Shown here one piece after another: positions 8,476 to 19,421 of a DNA stretch of 57,971 nt. The notes under the pieces were generated by a model. It did not search any database. It saw nothing but the letters and a program-made list of their open reading frames with translations, and was not told where the DNA came from. This DNA is from Perkinsus chesapeaki ATCC PRA-425 (taxonomy: Eukaryota > Protista > Perkinsozoa). The stretch spans positions 1-57,971 of the forward strand of contig JAAPAO010000172.1 in the NCBI GenBank assembly GCA_013115145.1, in the 5' to 3' direction. Each line of letters starts with the position of its first letter. Positions within the stretch are counted from its first letter, which is position 1. Both the position numbers and the translations under genes were made by a program.

Positions 8476-10220
8476 TCATGGCCTCCAATGGTATTTGAAA
8501 ACTGTCGATGAAAGAGCTGGGCGGCTCTCAGATGAAGAAAGGCGAGCGGGTGGAAGGATATCTACTTGCGTCACTGCGCCACATAATTTGATAACAGGCA
8601 TCAGTCTTGTATCATCCTCGCATATACCGGTGACTGCTATCCATGCAGCCTCGGCTCGACGTCCGATCTCAACTCGTCCAGGAAGGTAACGGATAACCAG
8701 GATGTCGCCAGACTTGAAGCGACACTTGTTCATTCTGCCAAGGTAGCTGAAGTAGCAGCAGCAGCTCCCTGCCTCTTAAAGAGGCCCTCTTTGGGCCATA
8801 ATCGATACCTCACTTACGAATTGGGACAGTGATGGGACGCCACCGACACATGGCCATCGACAGTAAGATTGACGCTGAACCACCGTCTGCCGTCCAGAAT
8901 TCCGCGGCATGTATCGCTCACTGGCCTTGTTGGAAAGGTACATGACACTGATTCAGCGGCGAGCCCTAAGCGCATGACGGGAGACATTGTATCACGGGCG
9001 CTGGAGCAGCTCCATAGAACTGATGATGGCGAAGGGACACCTCACCGATGCCTAGGAGGACATTGAACTTATCAACCTTAACTTCCGCCAGTTTGATCTC
9101 GATAGCTTCTCCTCTATGCATAGGGCTCGACAGTAGCATTGCCATCCCCCCTCTGAGTGGCCCTCGAGGATAGCGACCATTTGCGTAGGAAGGCCTTTCC
9201 TGCCAGGAAAGGCCGACTACCTAAATAGACCTTGGAGAGCGGCAGCAGCTCATCGATGCTCCGTCCGCCACCACCTGCCCATAGTCCTCCTCCCAGCGAG
9301 TAATAGCTAGACACTCTCCGTCCACCTTCACTCTGCTGGGATCGAACCCATGCCCTTCTGTACCTTCATAATCACCTGAAACGCCCATCCCAGTCCCCCA
9401 CTCCCTTTTGCTCAACTACACCGTACTTGTCTTCAAGGCAGCCGCTCCCTTAGAATTGGTACAACTTGCGTGATCCTCCTGAGTCCCTAATGAGTCCATA
9501 ACTTCTGCTATGCTTGGCACACCAGATACAGGGCTCGTGGCCGGGGAGGAGTCGCAGGCGGAGGTATCGCCGTCGTCAACCCTATATACCTCAGGACCCC
9601 GCGCTGTCATTCCATCAGGCTTTGGCCTTTTGGGTCGCTCTACCCCCTTCACGCGTGGGCTCGGTTTCTCTCGCCTGCTTCTACGCCTTTTCCTCCTTTT
9701 CCCCACCCGGCTAGTCGCCTCTGACTCCCCATGCACTCCGGTGGACCCTCGACGGAGCTCTCCTTTATAATAGACTCTTCCGCCAGCTCTATTCGCCGAG
9801 CTCTCTGCCAGTTGGCCATCGCTCACAGTGCCTTCAACGCCGTTCCCATCTCCTGCCTTGAACCACTCCTTAGCGCCATCCATAGCGCTCTCGCTTCTGC
9901 CGCGAAGTACTGCTCCACTCAAATCTCTCCGCGGTTTAAGACAAACGGAAACGTTGCCGACCGATCCCGAGTTCTCCTTTCCTTCCAGAGCCTCCCTAGC
10001 CCTCAGCCGAACTCCTCCACTACAAGTATATCCCGAGGAGCTCGACTGCTGCTTCCCAGCTGCTGCGAATATGCTAGCCCTTGGGAACAGCCTGGGCTTC
10101 CATTCCCCTCTCTCTATATATGCTACCCTACTCCCATGCACTCTGTCCCCGCTGAACTGTGGGCCCTGGGGAGCCGTATATTGCGTCGCACTGCGTCGGC
10201 TAAGGGTCGGTGCCCAGTCC
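8476..10220 (-). CDS. Hypothetical multi-exon protein with basic NLS-like stretch and possible C-terminal SPRY-like beta domain (start approximate)
   Basis: Chain of short GT-AG introns at about 9430, 9250, 9150 and 9030. KRRKRRRSRREK stretch. Last exon FKSGDILVIRYLPGRVEIG...LMPVIKLCGAVTQVDIL. Confidence 0.5.
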
Positions 10221-10657
10221 ATAACTCTATTATTAGATTGACTACTACACAACAGGGATGCGCTGTATAGTACCAAGACAGAGGACCGAAGAACACAAGA
10301 AGCGGCAAGAGATTGTGAAAAAAATAGGATTGAGCTCATTGCACACATCGCCGGGTCATTTCAGATAAACTCCATGAGGGAGTCAATGGCGAGGATCAGT
10401 CAGCAGCAGCAGAAGAGAGAGCCAGTATCGGCGGTGCGCTGAAGTGGTGTTGAAACGCATTAGCTTGATCGATCCATGACCTGATACCGACGATGAATAC
10501 CAGCTCCGGCAGCAGCAGCACGTCAGTACGGAATGCTGCCTCACCACTATGGGGTTATATTAAACAATTCACAAAGTTTACCGGGTGCCTCCGTTGGGAG
10601 GGTGAAGTATCGGTATAGTACAGCAGCAGCCTGCAAGCCCTTACTACATCTTATCGA

Positions 10658-12369
10658 CTACTCGCTGCGAGCTGAGCGACCTGTGGTATCTCCTGCCCAG
10701 CGACGCCTTCTTCGATTTCCTGATGCTCCCCGATAGGTCTGTGCAGAGCCTCGGTCCCCTGTTTTCAAATCAGTAGCTTGACTCCCACAATACTGCTGCT
10801 CCTTTCCATTATAGCGCGGTGGATCCTCTCCACCAACCCCGTATCTTTCAGGGATATAATCGCTATCACCTCCCTCATAAGGAGTAAGGCCAGTCACTGC
10901 GGCGGCGGCGGCCTCAGAGTCCAATACCAGATCCTCATCTTCCGCCGACTCCTCTGCCCAGTCGAAGCTCGTAGAGATCCGGCTCTCCTTTTTCACTATA
11001 TTTCTTTCGCTTTGCGGAGTCTCTGTCGAGCTACTACATTCTGTTGTCTGCTTCTCAATCTTCGATTCGACCGCACTGCTTTGCCGGACTTGAGGATCTG
11101 CTGGCGCCTCCCTCCCGGCAAAAAGGGATGGCCGCCAGCTCAATGGGCCCTGTTCAACATCCTCCTCATCTGACGTATCGCTAGGCATCGACGCATCCAC
11201 TTTGGCAGTAAATTCACCGCTGGACTCCGGAGACAGTGCTTGCCACTCTTCATTATCCATAGAGGGACTCATCTTATCCAAAGGAGGCGCTTCCTTTTCA
11301 GAAGGGCCCTTTGGGCTTCTAACAGTGGGTATCCATCGAACAGGTGTATCCTGACCTGCGTCACTGCTCCCAGTATCGGGGGAGCAGTTATCGATGGATG
11401 ATACAGGTGGAGTCGTCTGCAGTGATCTATCCTTCACCAAAGGAAGATTCAACCTTGGGACTATTTCTGCTGCCGCCTGTTGCTGCCTTTCTCCAGTTCT
11501 TTTAGACTCGTTCGTATTTCCGTCCGAGTTGGTAGGTGAATGCAAGGTTGAGTGCGTGTCTGCATCGTAAACCTCCTCTTTTGTTATGCTAGACACCTCG
11601 TGCTCGTCGTCACCAATGTGAACCGGCGAATACTCATCAGTTTTCATGGACCAATCATCCTCGTGTCGCTTGACCATCGGGAGATCATCTCCACTCCGCA
11701 AGCTCGGCACCCACGACACACATTCAGCATTGCTATCGCAGTCTTCGATACCGTCGTACTCTGGGCCATACAAGCTGCATTTCCTAATGGAAGACGCATC
11801 CCTCTCTGCTGCTGCTGTCCCTTCCCTAGATTTAGGACCTAATCAAAATACCCTTGGTAAAGCGCCACCACAGTACCCATCACGGCACTCACTTTCGCTC
11901 TGTGCCGGTGCGGTTTCTGGAACTGCAGTGCTCGGATCAGTGAGCACAGAGGCATGTTTAGCGATGATCTCTTCATGATCTGGCGTCACTTCCCTACGAG
12001 GCTCTACCGGGCCCCATTTCCACCAATCGGCTGCCAGTGGTAACGCAACTTCTCTTGCTCGATTATACCTGGTCAGCAACTTTCCGAGCGTCTTTACAAG
12101 CTGTATCACTCTCGTCGTTCCAGTTTCGTCATGCTCTGAGTAAACGTCTCCATGAGAAGGACACCTTCGCGTCGCTGATCCTTCGAGGCCGCATCGGATA
12201 CATGGAAGCCCATCTGATTAAGAGGCGTATCAATGCCATAAAGGAACCAGACAAAGCCACCACCTACTTCGGTAGTCCAGAAGCCCTTTTCCTCTGAGGT
12301 CCTGGCGATCGCTTCCAAATGCACCAGTTGCTTTTGGTTTCGAAGCTGACGGATCGTACTGAGCGACAT
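10658..12369 (-). CDS. Hypothetical protein: N-terminal Cys/His motif followed by long S/D/E/P-rich low-complexity region (3' end approximate)
   Basis: A 50-nt intron (GTGGTG...AATCAG) joins MSLSTIRQLRNQKQ...TTEV to DGLPCIRCGLEGSATRRCPSHGD...VIQLVKTLGKLL, linking ORFs 12106..12369, 11843..12109 and 10658..11773. Confidence 0.6.
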
Positions 12370-12787
12370 TCATTCAATCCGCATACGTTACCATAGGGTT
12401 AGCATAAAGATTTGTATTGCACGCTCGATAATAAGAGCAACTACCCCAAGCCTGGTTGCCAGTCATCACCTTTTGATAAGAGTCTTCCGCGCCTTCTCAT
12501 CCACCGATGTAACGAGTTCTATTCGAGCATAGTTGGACGCCTTGAGATACACAACAACAGCGAGTGCCGTCCCTCCATCTTCAGCCTGAATCAACCGACG
12601 CCTCCACTCCCCGACACAGAAGACTGTATTACCATAACTGCTGATACCCGCAGCCCTGACCGTCTGGTCACAACTGTCCAGATACCTCTTCCGGTGTCGC
12701 CTCGTACATGGACTCCAGTTACTCGTAGAAGCTCATTTACAGCCTCGGAAGTGGCTGAAGTAAACGACAGAACGCATCATCACCATT

Positions 12788-13330
12788 CTAATGCTGCACC
12801 GCCGCGGTGATCCATATCTCACCCTGTCTACCTTCCTGCCCACCGGATGCCCGTACATCATGCAATATGTTAAAGTGCACATCGTCGTCATCAGCATAAC
12901 CGTTCTTTGCCTCCCCGCGATTTGCAGCAGTGCTGGTTGTCACCACCTCATTGTTCGACCTATCTCTTGATGTTCGATGATGGCTCGAATGTTTCTTCTT
13001 GCGAGAGCCCTTATGATGGGTAGCCTCGGCTCGCGTGTGCTCCGCAACTGCTGTTGGAGTACCCCGAATAGACCGTAGCGGTCTCAAGTCGAATCTACGG
13101 GCAGGTAGTTCCTCACAGTCCGCACACCATACTCACCCTCCGAAGGCCACAGCTGCAGATGCCGTCATAAGGATGATAAATACCACAAATCCGATGTCCG
13201 CCGCCCGACCTCCGAAAACAGCCACTGTGCTCTCAGGCACTGCAGTGGGGGGCACTCCAGACGGCGCTGCCTGGCTGAGCACCATCAAGTCGAGGATCAC
13301 AGCCACGAATATCCCTGCTCGAAGGTTGGT
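12788..13330 (-). CDS. Small single-pass membrane protein with signal-like N-terminus (may extend to about 12590)
   Basis: Hydrophobic IFVAVILDLMVLSQA and IGFVVFIILMTASAAVAFGG. Intron GTGAGT...CCGTAG joins in frame to FDLRPLRSIRG...RKKKHSSHH. Confidence 0.6.
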
Positions 13331-13817
13331 ACTATAGAACATATAACAAATAAATTAATTCACCGCCAAATAAAAGGCGAATAAAGAAAGGCAAAACCTA
13401 CATGATTACCAATTGATTCGGAAACTCGCTTCGCCGCTAATGAATGCGGGAGTACGAGTTCAGTGCTCCACGCTAAGGAGAGGGTGACGCAACAGCTAGA
13501 GGTCTTATCGGCCCTCTACCTATACGACACTTCTACATAATAACATTTATTGCACTTTTTTGCCGAACCGTGTTTCATGATTATATTACAAGAGTCTCCG
13601 GAGAACCTCCAGAAAGCTTACACCGAATCGACACCAAGGATTTGCTTCCTCATCACTTAGTTCCCTTATTCATAACACAACACCAATACCTCCGGACGAA
13701 GAAACGCACACAGCCTCCTCAATGTATTCCATCCCCTTAGATGCGCACAAAATACCATCTGACCTGATAAAGAGACCTTCCACGATCCCATCTGATCCCC
13801 TCACAGTACCTTCACGT

Positions 13818-14758
13818 TTAGTAGCTCTGGTGAGCCGGCAACGTGGTGCCAGTGGAGGGATCGAAAACCCAGGGCTTGGGCTCGTCTTCCTTATCGCCGA
13901 GCCTATACACAATACCGGTAACGACTGCGATCCACGGAGCAGTTTGCACTCACTTGATTTTGTCTAGGGCCTCTTTCGCTTTTGGCACAACACGGTCATA
14001 GCGGCCAAGCTCCGCCCGGACCGAGACAAGATCTGTCTTGTCAAAGCTGACAAGGCGAGATAATGAACAATAACTGACTTATTTCACCGTGCATTGACAA
14101 CATTCACTGTTAACCCCTCAGGCTTATGGTGAATGAGAACCAAAGGGGAAACGACTGCCCAAATACTACCGGCTGCCATCAGGTTTCCATCCCAAAGGTA
14201 ATATGGCAATCTGCGGAGAGTCCACAACTTCCATATCGTATCTAACAAATACCGTCTAGCTAAAAGCATAGGGATCATCAGTTAATGATGAGAATAAAGC
14301 CACTTAAATTACGATATCACCAAGCGATGCAAATTATGAAAAAACGTCCAAGATGAATAATCTCGCGATAAGAAAAGATGGCAGTGATCTCATGCACGCA
14401 ATACAATCATACTTACGCCGCTTTAGGGACCACGTCCATATCCACTTTATAAAAAGTAGCCTGAGGGTAACTCTCAGAGAGCTTTTGGAACTCTGGCTCG
14501 AACATCTTAGCACCAGTGGACCACTTGGTGCTAAACCAGCCAACCATCATATGAGATGTCTGCTTCAGCGACTCGTAATCCGCATAGTTTTCGATATTCT
14601 GATCAATACAGCATTCACACTGGCGACGCACTTAGCCCAAGCATGCCATGACCTACCCTCACAGTCGCGGTACTGCCAGCAGCAGCAGTCGTTGTTGCGG
14701 GAGCGCAGAAGCCTCTGCTGAGGGTTCTAAGTCCGAGCCGAGACGCAGAGGATAGCAT
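13818..14758 (-). CDS. Mitochondrion-targeted thioredoxin-fold protein lacking CxxC (5 exons)
   Basis: Spliced product MLSSASRLGLRTLSRGFCAPA...MMVGWFSTKWSTGAKMFEPEFQKLSESYPQATFYKVDMDVVPKAAYDMEVVDSPQIAIL...WVFDPSTGTTLPAHQSY*. All four introns are GT-AG and keep frame. Confidence 0.85.
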
Positions 14759-15277
14759 AACTGTGTCCAAATACCCTGTCAAGAGAGAGTTGTAAATCAA
14801 AGTCTCAGTGGCAAAGAAGTTGAGCTCCAGATTTAACATAATTGCATGAATTTATTTCATGCAAACCTCTGAAAATCCGAATATGTACGGTTGAAGTTGA
14901 ACTGAGGCAAAATCAATGTATAAGCTTTTTACACAGAATGTAAACTCGTAGTATTGACATTACGTGAGTCGCGCTACGCGGCTGCTTCCAATACATCACC
15001 TACTATTATTTACCAAAACGTGCTACGTCATAAAGCTGAAGTGCTACGGCAATCAAATTGATCAGTTGATCAACAGTTCCAACTATTAATCAACTTTCAA
15101 CTCAACATCTATCATGTTATTTAACAATAATCCTCCAATGATGGTTGGTCTGATTGACAACGGTTGATCTTTGAGTCCTTATGCTTGACTGACATTCCTT
15201 ACACTTACAGGGGTAGCAACATTTGCTGTGACGCAACATTCTGTTAGTTCAATTCTCAGCATCAGTCAGCCTTTAGG

Positions 15278-15544
15278 TCATTGGCAAGCAAGTTGCCTGA
15301 AGCAGTTCCTGCAAGTCCACCTATATAAGGACTCCCTATTGGGGAGTGATCTCTCTATAACGTCATTTAGTATCATTGCTGCTGCCGGTGATGCTGACAG
15401 ATGTTGTTCAGGTAGAGTAACAGGATAACAAGTACATACAGCATTAGATTTCCCCCCATTATATAGTTTGAACCACTGAACCACCCCTTCATCCACGTTC
15501 CCTAGACCTTCATTGGGCATCGCATGGTAGATATTCTCTCGCAT
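15278..15544 (-). CDS. Possible small Cys-containing ORF, tentative distant relative of the GPI-type paralogues
   Basis: AVCTCY and WTCRNC motifs only. No hydrophobic tail and no clear start. Confidence 0.25.
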   Translation of the reverse strand: MRENIYHAMPNEGLGNVDEGVVQWFKLYNGGKSNAVCTCYPVTLPEQHLSASPAAAMILNDVIERSLPNRESLYRWTCRNCFRQLACQ

Positions 15545-15692
15545 TCTTCCATTTCGTTGCTAGGATGTTTTCCATCTTGATAATGTTCGAGAGGTTGCAC
15601 AAGTTCGCGGCCCTACACGTAATTGGTGACGCTTCTTTTAGTCTGCATCATGACACTCCAACACAATTCGATGGCATTTGAATTACACCATT

Positions 15693-16441
15693 TCACGTGT
15701 GAATTACTATCAGTAAAGCCACTAGTACAGGATAAAATAACACCTCACTTTGGTGAGATGCAGAGGTGCCCATGTGCCTCACTTGCTCGCACATAGCCCG
15801 GCAAGTGGCATCGAAAACTTCAACTTCGTCGGACTTCTTGATAAGATGACGATAGTAGTCGCACTGAAAAGCAGGTGCCTTCACTACAAGAAAGACAGCT
15901 ATCAGACTTACATCATCATCACACGTCGCGGTCCTCACTATATACCGATTGAAACAAATGCAGCACGTCAAAGCAGGATTATCATTGCTAGTAAACATTG
16001 CATCCGGTAATCGGTTCCCATGCACATCCACAGCCTCCGGGCTATCACACTGAACAACAGGAAACATCAGGCTGGCATCGAGGCCGGGGAGTGGCAGTAG
16101 GGACGAAATTTGCGCCGACTAGTCTCGAGGTCTTACTGTTTCGTGACATTGCTCACGTGTCTTGCCGAAGAAGTTGTTTGTGTTGTATCTAAAGCCGATA
16201 AGGCCTTGTGGGATATGGAGAGGGAACACCGGCCTTATGCCGGTTTGGAATACTCACGGTAAGACTCTCTGAACTCCCAATTCGGCGACCTTCGTTCCAG
16301 AACCTGATGGAACAAAGCCTCCAAAAGCTGGGCGCTTCGGAGGGAGACGTAAAATTCCTGGAGGTTGAACGGCTCAGCATCTTGAGCGATGCTTCCGAGG
16401 CAGGTTACTCCACCAACTCCTACTTTCTTCGGTCTGTTCAC
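15693..16441 (-). CDS. Cys-rich, GPI-anchor-type surface protein, paralogue 1 (5' end unresolved)
   Basis: Spliced ERRSPNWEFRESYRLIGFRYNTNNFFGKTREQCHETCDSPEAVDVHGNRLPDAM...TCCICF...FQC...TCRAMCE, ending in hydrophobic LFYPVLVALLIVIHT*. Confidence 0.75.
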
Positions 16442-16659
16442 CCTTCATCATCATCGGATGTGTCTCACCTGAACAATCCTAGTACGAAATGAACCACAGT
16501 CTGCCCGAGGAAGACTGAGCATAAATGGGTGAGAGCGACGAGATTGGCAAGCACTGCTTGGCAAGCGATGTCATGAGTTGTATGCTACCGGTTCTCTATT
16601 CCTCTAGGAACTATTAGTTCAGCCACCACCGCTTGCACCACACGATTCACAAACATTAC

Positions 16660-17669
16660 CATTCCACAATTTCGAATAAACACTGCCGATCTATATTATG
16701 AGCAATTCGGACCAGAATCTCGAACAGATATTCTCGCAAAACTTCAGTCCATACAAGCGGACCGGCCACGGCTTACCTGCCGATTCGTCGCCTGCCACAT
16801 GCCTGTCCACGTCCTCAGCACCGTTGCCCTCACTATCCTTGTCATCTTCCTTTGCAGGATTATCGTCCTCCACTTCAGTTTCTTTATCCCTTCTATTGTG
16901 TCGTCGCTTGCGACGCGGTTTCTCTCGCTGAGCATCCTCACCCTCATCGTCGTCGTCGTCATCGTCATCATCCTCACCCTCATCGTCATCATCCTCTTCG
17001 TCATCATCCTCTTCCTCTTCGTCATCATGGTGACTTCTTCGTCGTGGTCTCCGTCGCTTGTGTTCTGCAAAAAAAGAATAATTGCTATCGTATTTCAGGG
17101 ACCCAGTGCGCGCGCCAGCACATTCTACGATTCGCGTCTCGCTGAGAAAGACATAGACGAGCGCCGCGTCGAGTCACTCGGCTCGAGTGTTTGAATTCGT
17201 GACGCCCGCGCACAAGTCAGGTGTAGCCCGATTAGTTCAGCTGGATAGAATGTCTGCCTACGGAGCAGATGGTCGTAGGTTCGAATCCTGCATCGGGTAT
17301 TTCATATATGTCCCCGGACTTACTGTGCTTCTCCACTACATCTTCCTTCTCACTCTCCACCTTGTCCCCCTCATCTTTCCGGTCGTCGCTACTACCAAAG
17401 AACCATCTAAAACACGCCTGTCTTACAGTCAACTGCAAAGGACAACTTACGATCGTTTCTCCAGCCACGAGTGCTTGTCACTGTTACGGTTAAGCGCGGC
17501 ATACCGCCTGCAGCAAGTAAGAAGTAGACAAGCGTGATATAGTCTCTCGTCATCATTTTCACCTTCCTTGTTCCAATAATGACAATGCTTCGACAGAGCG
17601 GGCGTAAAGATTGCTGCCGCTCTTGACGTTCCATATGTACAGCCCTGCGGCAGTGCGCAAAAGCCACAT
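16660..17669 (-). CDS. Protein with basic/acidic low-complexity tract, host gene of the intronic tRNA (3' end approximate)
   Basis: MWLLRTAAGLYIW...EQGR|RYAALNRNSDKHSWLEKRS|WFFGSSDD...VVEKH|KHKRRRPRRRSHHDDEEEEDDD. The junction across intron 17065..17323 is in frame. Confidence 0.65.
17226..17299 (+). tRNA. tRNA-Arg(ACG)
   Basis: GCCCGAT-TA-GTTCAGCTGGATAGAAT-G-TCTGC-CTACGGA-GCAGA-TGGTC-GTAGG-TTCGAAT-CCTGC-ATCGGGT-A folds into a complete cloverleaf. Confidence 0.93.
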
Positions 17670-17856
17670 CAACTACAACGTCCGATTTCGCCTGCAATCC
17701 GCGAATTCCCTACTGGTGTTCTTTACGGGTACTCTCCTAGCGGATCACCCCACTAATATGGCAACTCAAGATAACAGTCTCAGGACATCCGATTCCATTA
17801 TGAATCAATTGCGTGTGTTTGCACACATGTCACCATCTATGTTGTTATCACCAAAG

Positions 17857-18900
17857 CTATACGGAATAAACAGCCAGAATCAAGGCAATAATGGATATTC
17901 CTGCCGACGGTCGCAGCACACCGCTGCTCTTTAATCGCTCCTCTTCAACTTCCGTACGCATCTCCTTGATAAGCTCACACATCTTCTTGCACGTCTTGCT
18001 GTAGGCCTCCTTGTGCGGCGTGGAAGCGATGTAGTTGCCGTACAAGCCACACTGAAAAAGTAGAACACAATTCGAGCCAACACGGTCATTCCGAAGCTTA
18101 TCTACATCTGTCTCGCAAGTTTCGTCGGAAATGAGATCCTTATTGTAGCAGATGCAAGTATTCAGCGAAGGATCGCTAGCGTTGCCCATCCACATAGCCT
18201 CTGGCAGACGATTGCCGGCAGCATCTCGGGCCTCGTCGGACAAGCACTGATTTGCCAGGCAATAACCATATCATTATTAAGAACGAGCCTCACCGAATCT
18301 CTACAGTCTTGCTCGCGCTTGCCGAAGAAGTCATTAACGTTGAACCTGTAGTAACAATCGTTTCGGTAACCGACCCAGTATAGCATCTTACGCTCCAGTG
18401 GCTTCTGCCCGCTTGCTCATCGCACCTGAAAAAACGGGTGCAGCTGCGATCCAAATATACGATGTAATTGTACAATCAAAAACATCTCAGGTAACATACT
18501 CTGGACAGAGTGAATACTGTATGGTTTTGAAGTATAGTCTTTTTCGAAGGTCCCGAGGGGTTACCGGTGTCTGCAGTGCCGCTTTCTACACTGTCTTTTC
18601 CGAGGTCGTTATTTTCCTGACTGTGTGGTCCCATTGGAGCTTCGGCATTCTTTGCAGCATCTGCTAATTCCACGCTTGCGAAAGTGAAGTACTAAAAGTA
18701 GTTGAATAATTACCTGCATCAGAGACCGCCTCATTTGGGCCATTTCCGGAAAACTCGACAACCGGAGCCGGAGCTGTAGTAGTCATTGCTGGCTTATTTG
18801 TAGAGGGTGGAGGCCGCGTGATCGGACTGCTCAACCTCTTGTGCTCGAAAGCTGAAGGGAAGAGGGCGTCAGGGGCGGAACCGCAAGCATTGGTGCTCGA
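17857..18900 (-). CDS. Cys-rich, GPI-anchor-type surface protein, paralogue 2, with S/T/P-rich N-terminal region (start approximate, may reach about 19276)
   Basis: Spliced ERKMLYWVGYRNDCYYRFNVNDFFGKREQDCRDSCLSDEARDAAGNRLPEAM...TCICY...FQC...TCKKMCE, ending SAGISIIALILAVYSV*. Confidence 0.75.
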
Positions 18901-19421
18901 TCAGTAATAGAAGGCTATGGATAGCTGATAACGAAGCTCAATCGGGTGCAAAATTAAGTCACATTTCTCTGCGATGTGAAAGACACGAAAGACACGAAAC
19001 ATAGCAGCAGAGTCTGGAGCCACTCACAGTCGAACGCTTGGTGTTTTTGCCATTCTTCAAAATGCCTCCACGCTGAGAAGGACAAATAGTTTCAAATAAC
19101 ATGCAGGAACATTTTGCTTACGTTCAGTCGCATCACGACCGGGGATGGTCCGGACGGCGAAGCGCGCTGGCAGAGGATGAAGGCTCAGATCAGCCGACCT
19201 GGGTGAAGGTGAGCGAAAAAAGCAACGACGAAGCTGCTTACAGCACTTGCAGCAGACTCATAGTGTTGCACAACATAGGTAGTTGGAGATAAAGCTAATA
19301 GAACAGTGTGTAACCGAACTTACAAACATGGTAAGCCGCCCCTTGACCCAGATCCCAACCAAAGAGTAAGGTTGTAGCAATAGAAGCAAGTAACGCCCAT
19401 GCGCTCATGGCTTTCGGGAAG

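Noticed and set aside
9192-9214. Perfect 11-bp inverted repeat GGCCTTTCCTG-C-CAGGAAAGGCC
   Set aside because: It sits in an apparent coding exon, with no paralogue to show it is an insertion. One such palindrome in 58 kb may be chance.
9330-9350. GGGTTCGATCCC T-loop-like motif
   Set aside because: It lies in a coding frame (GHGFDPS) with no other tRNA arms.
16799-17194. Very hydrophobic plus-strand ORF (IVVVVIVIILTL) as a membrane protein
   Set aside because: It is the antisense reading of the GAT/GAC/GAG acidic tract of the minus-strand gene.
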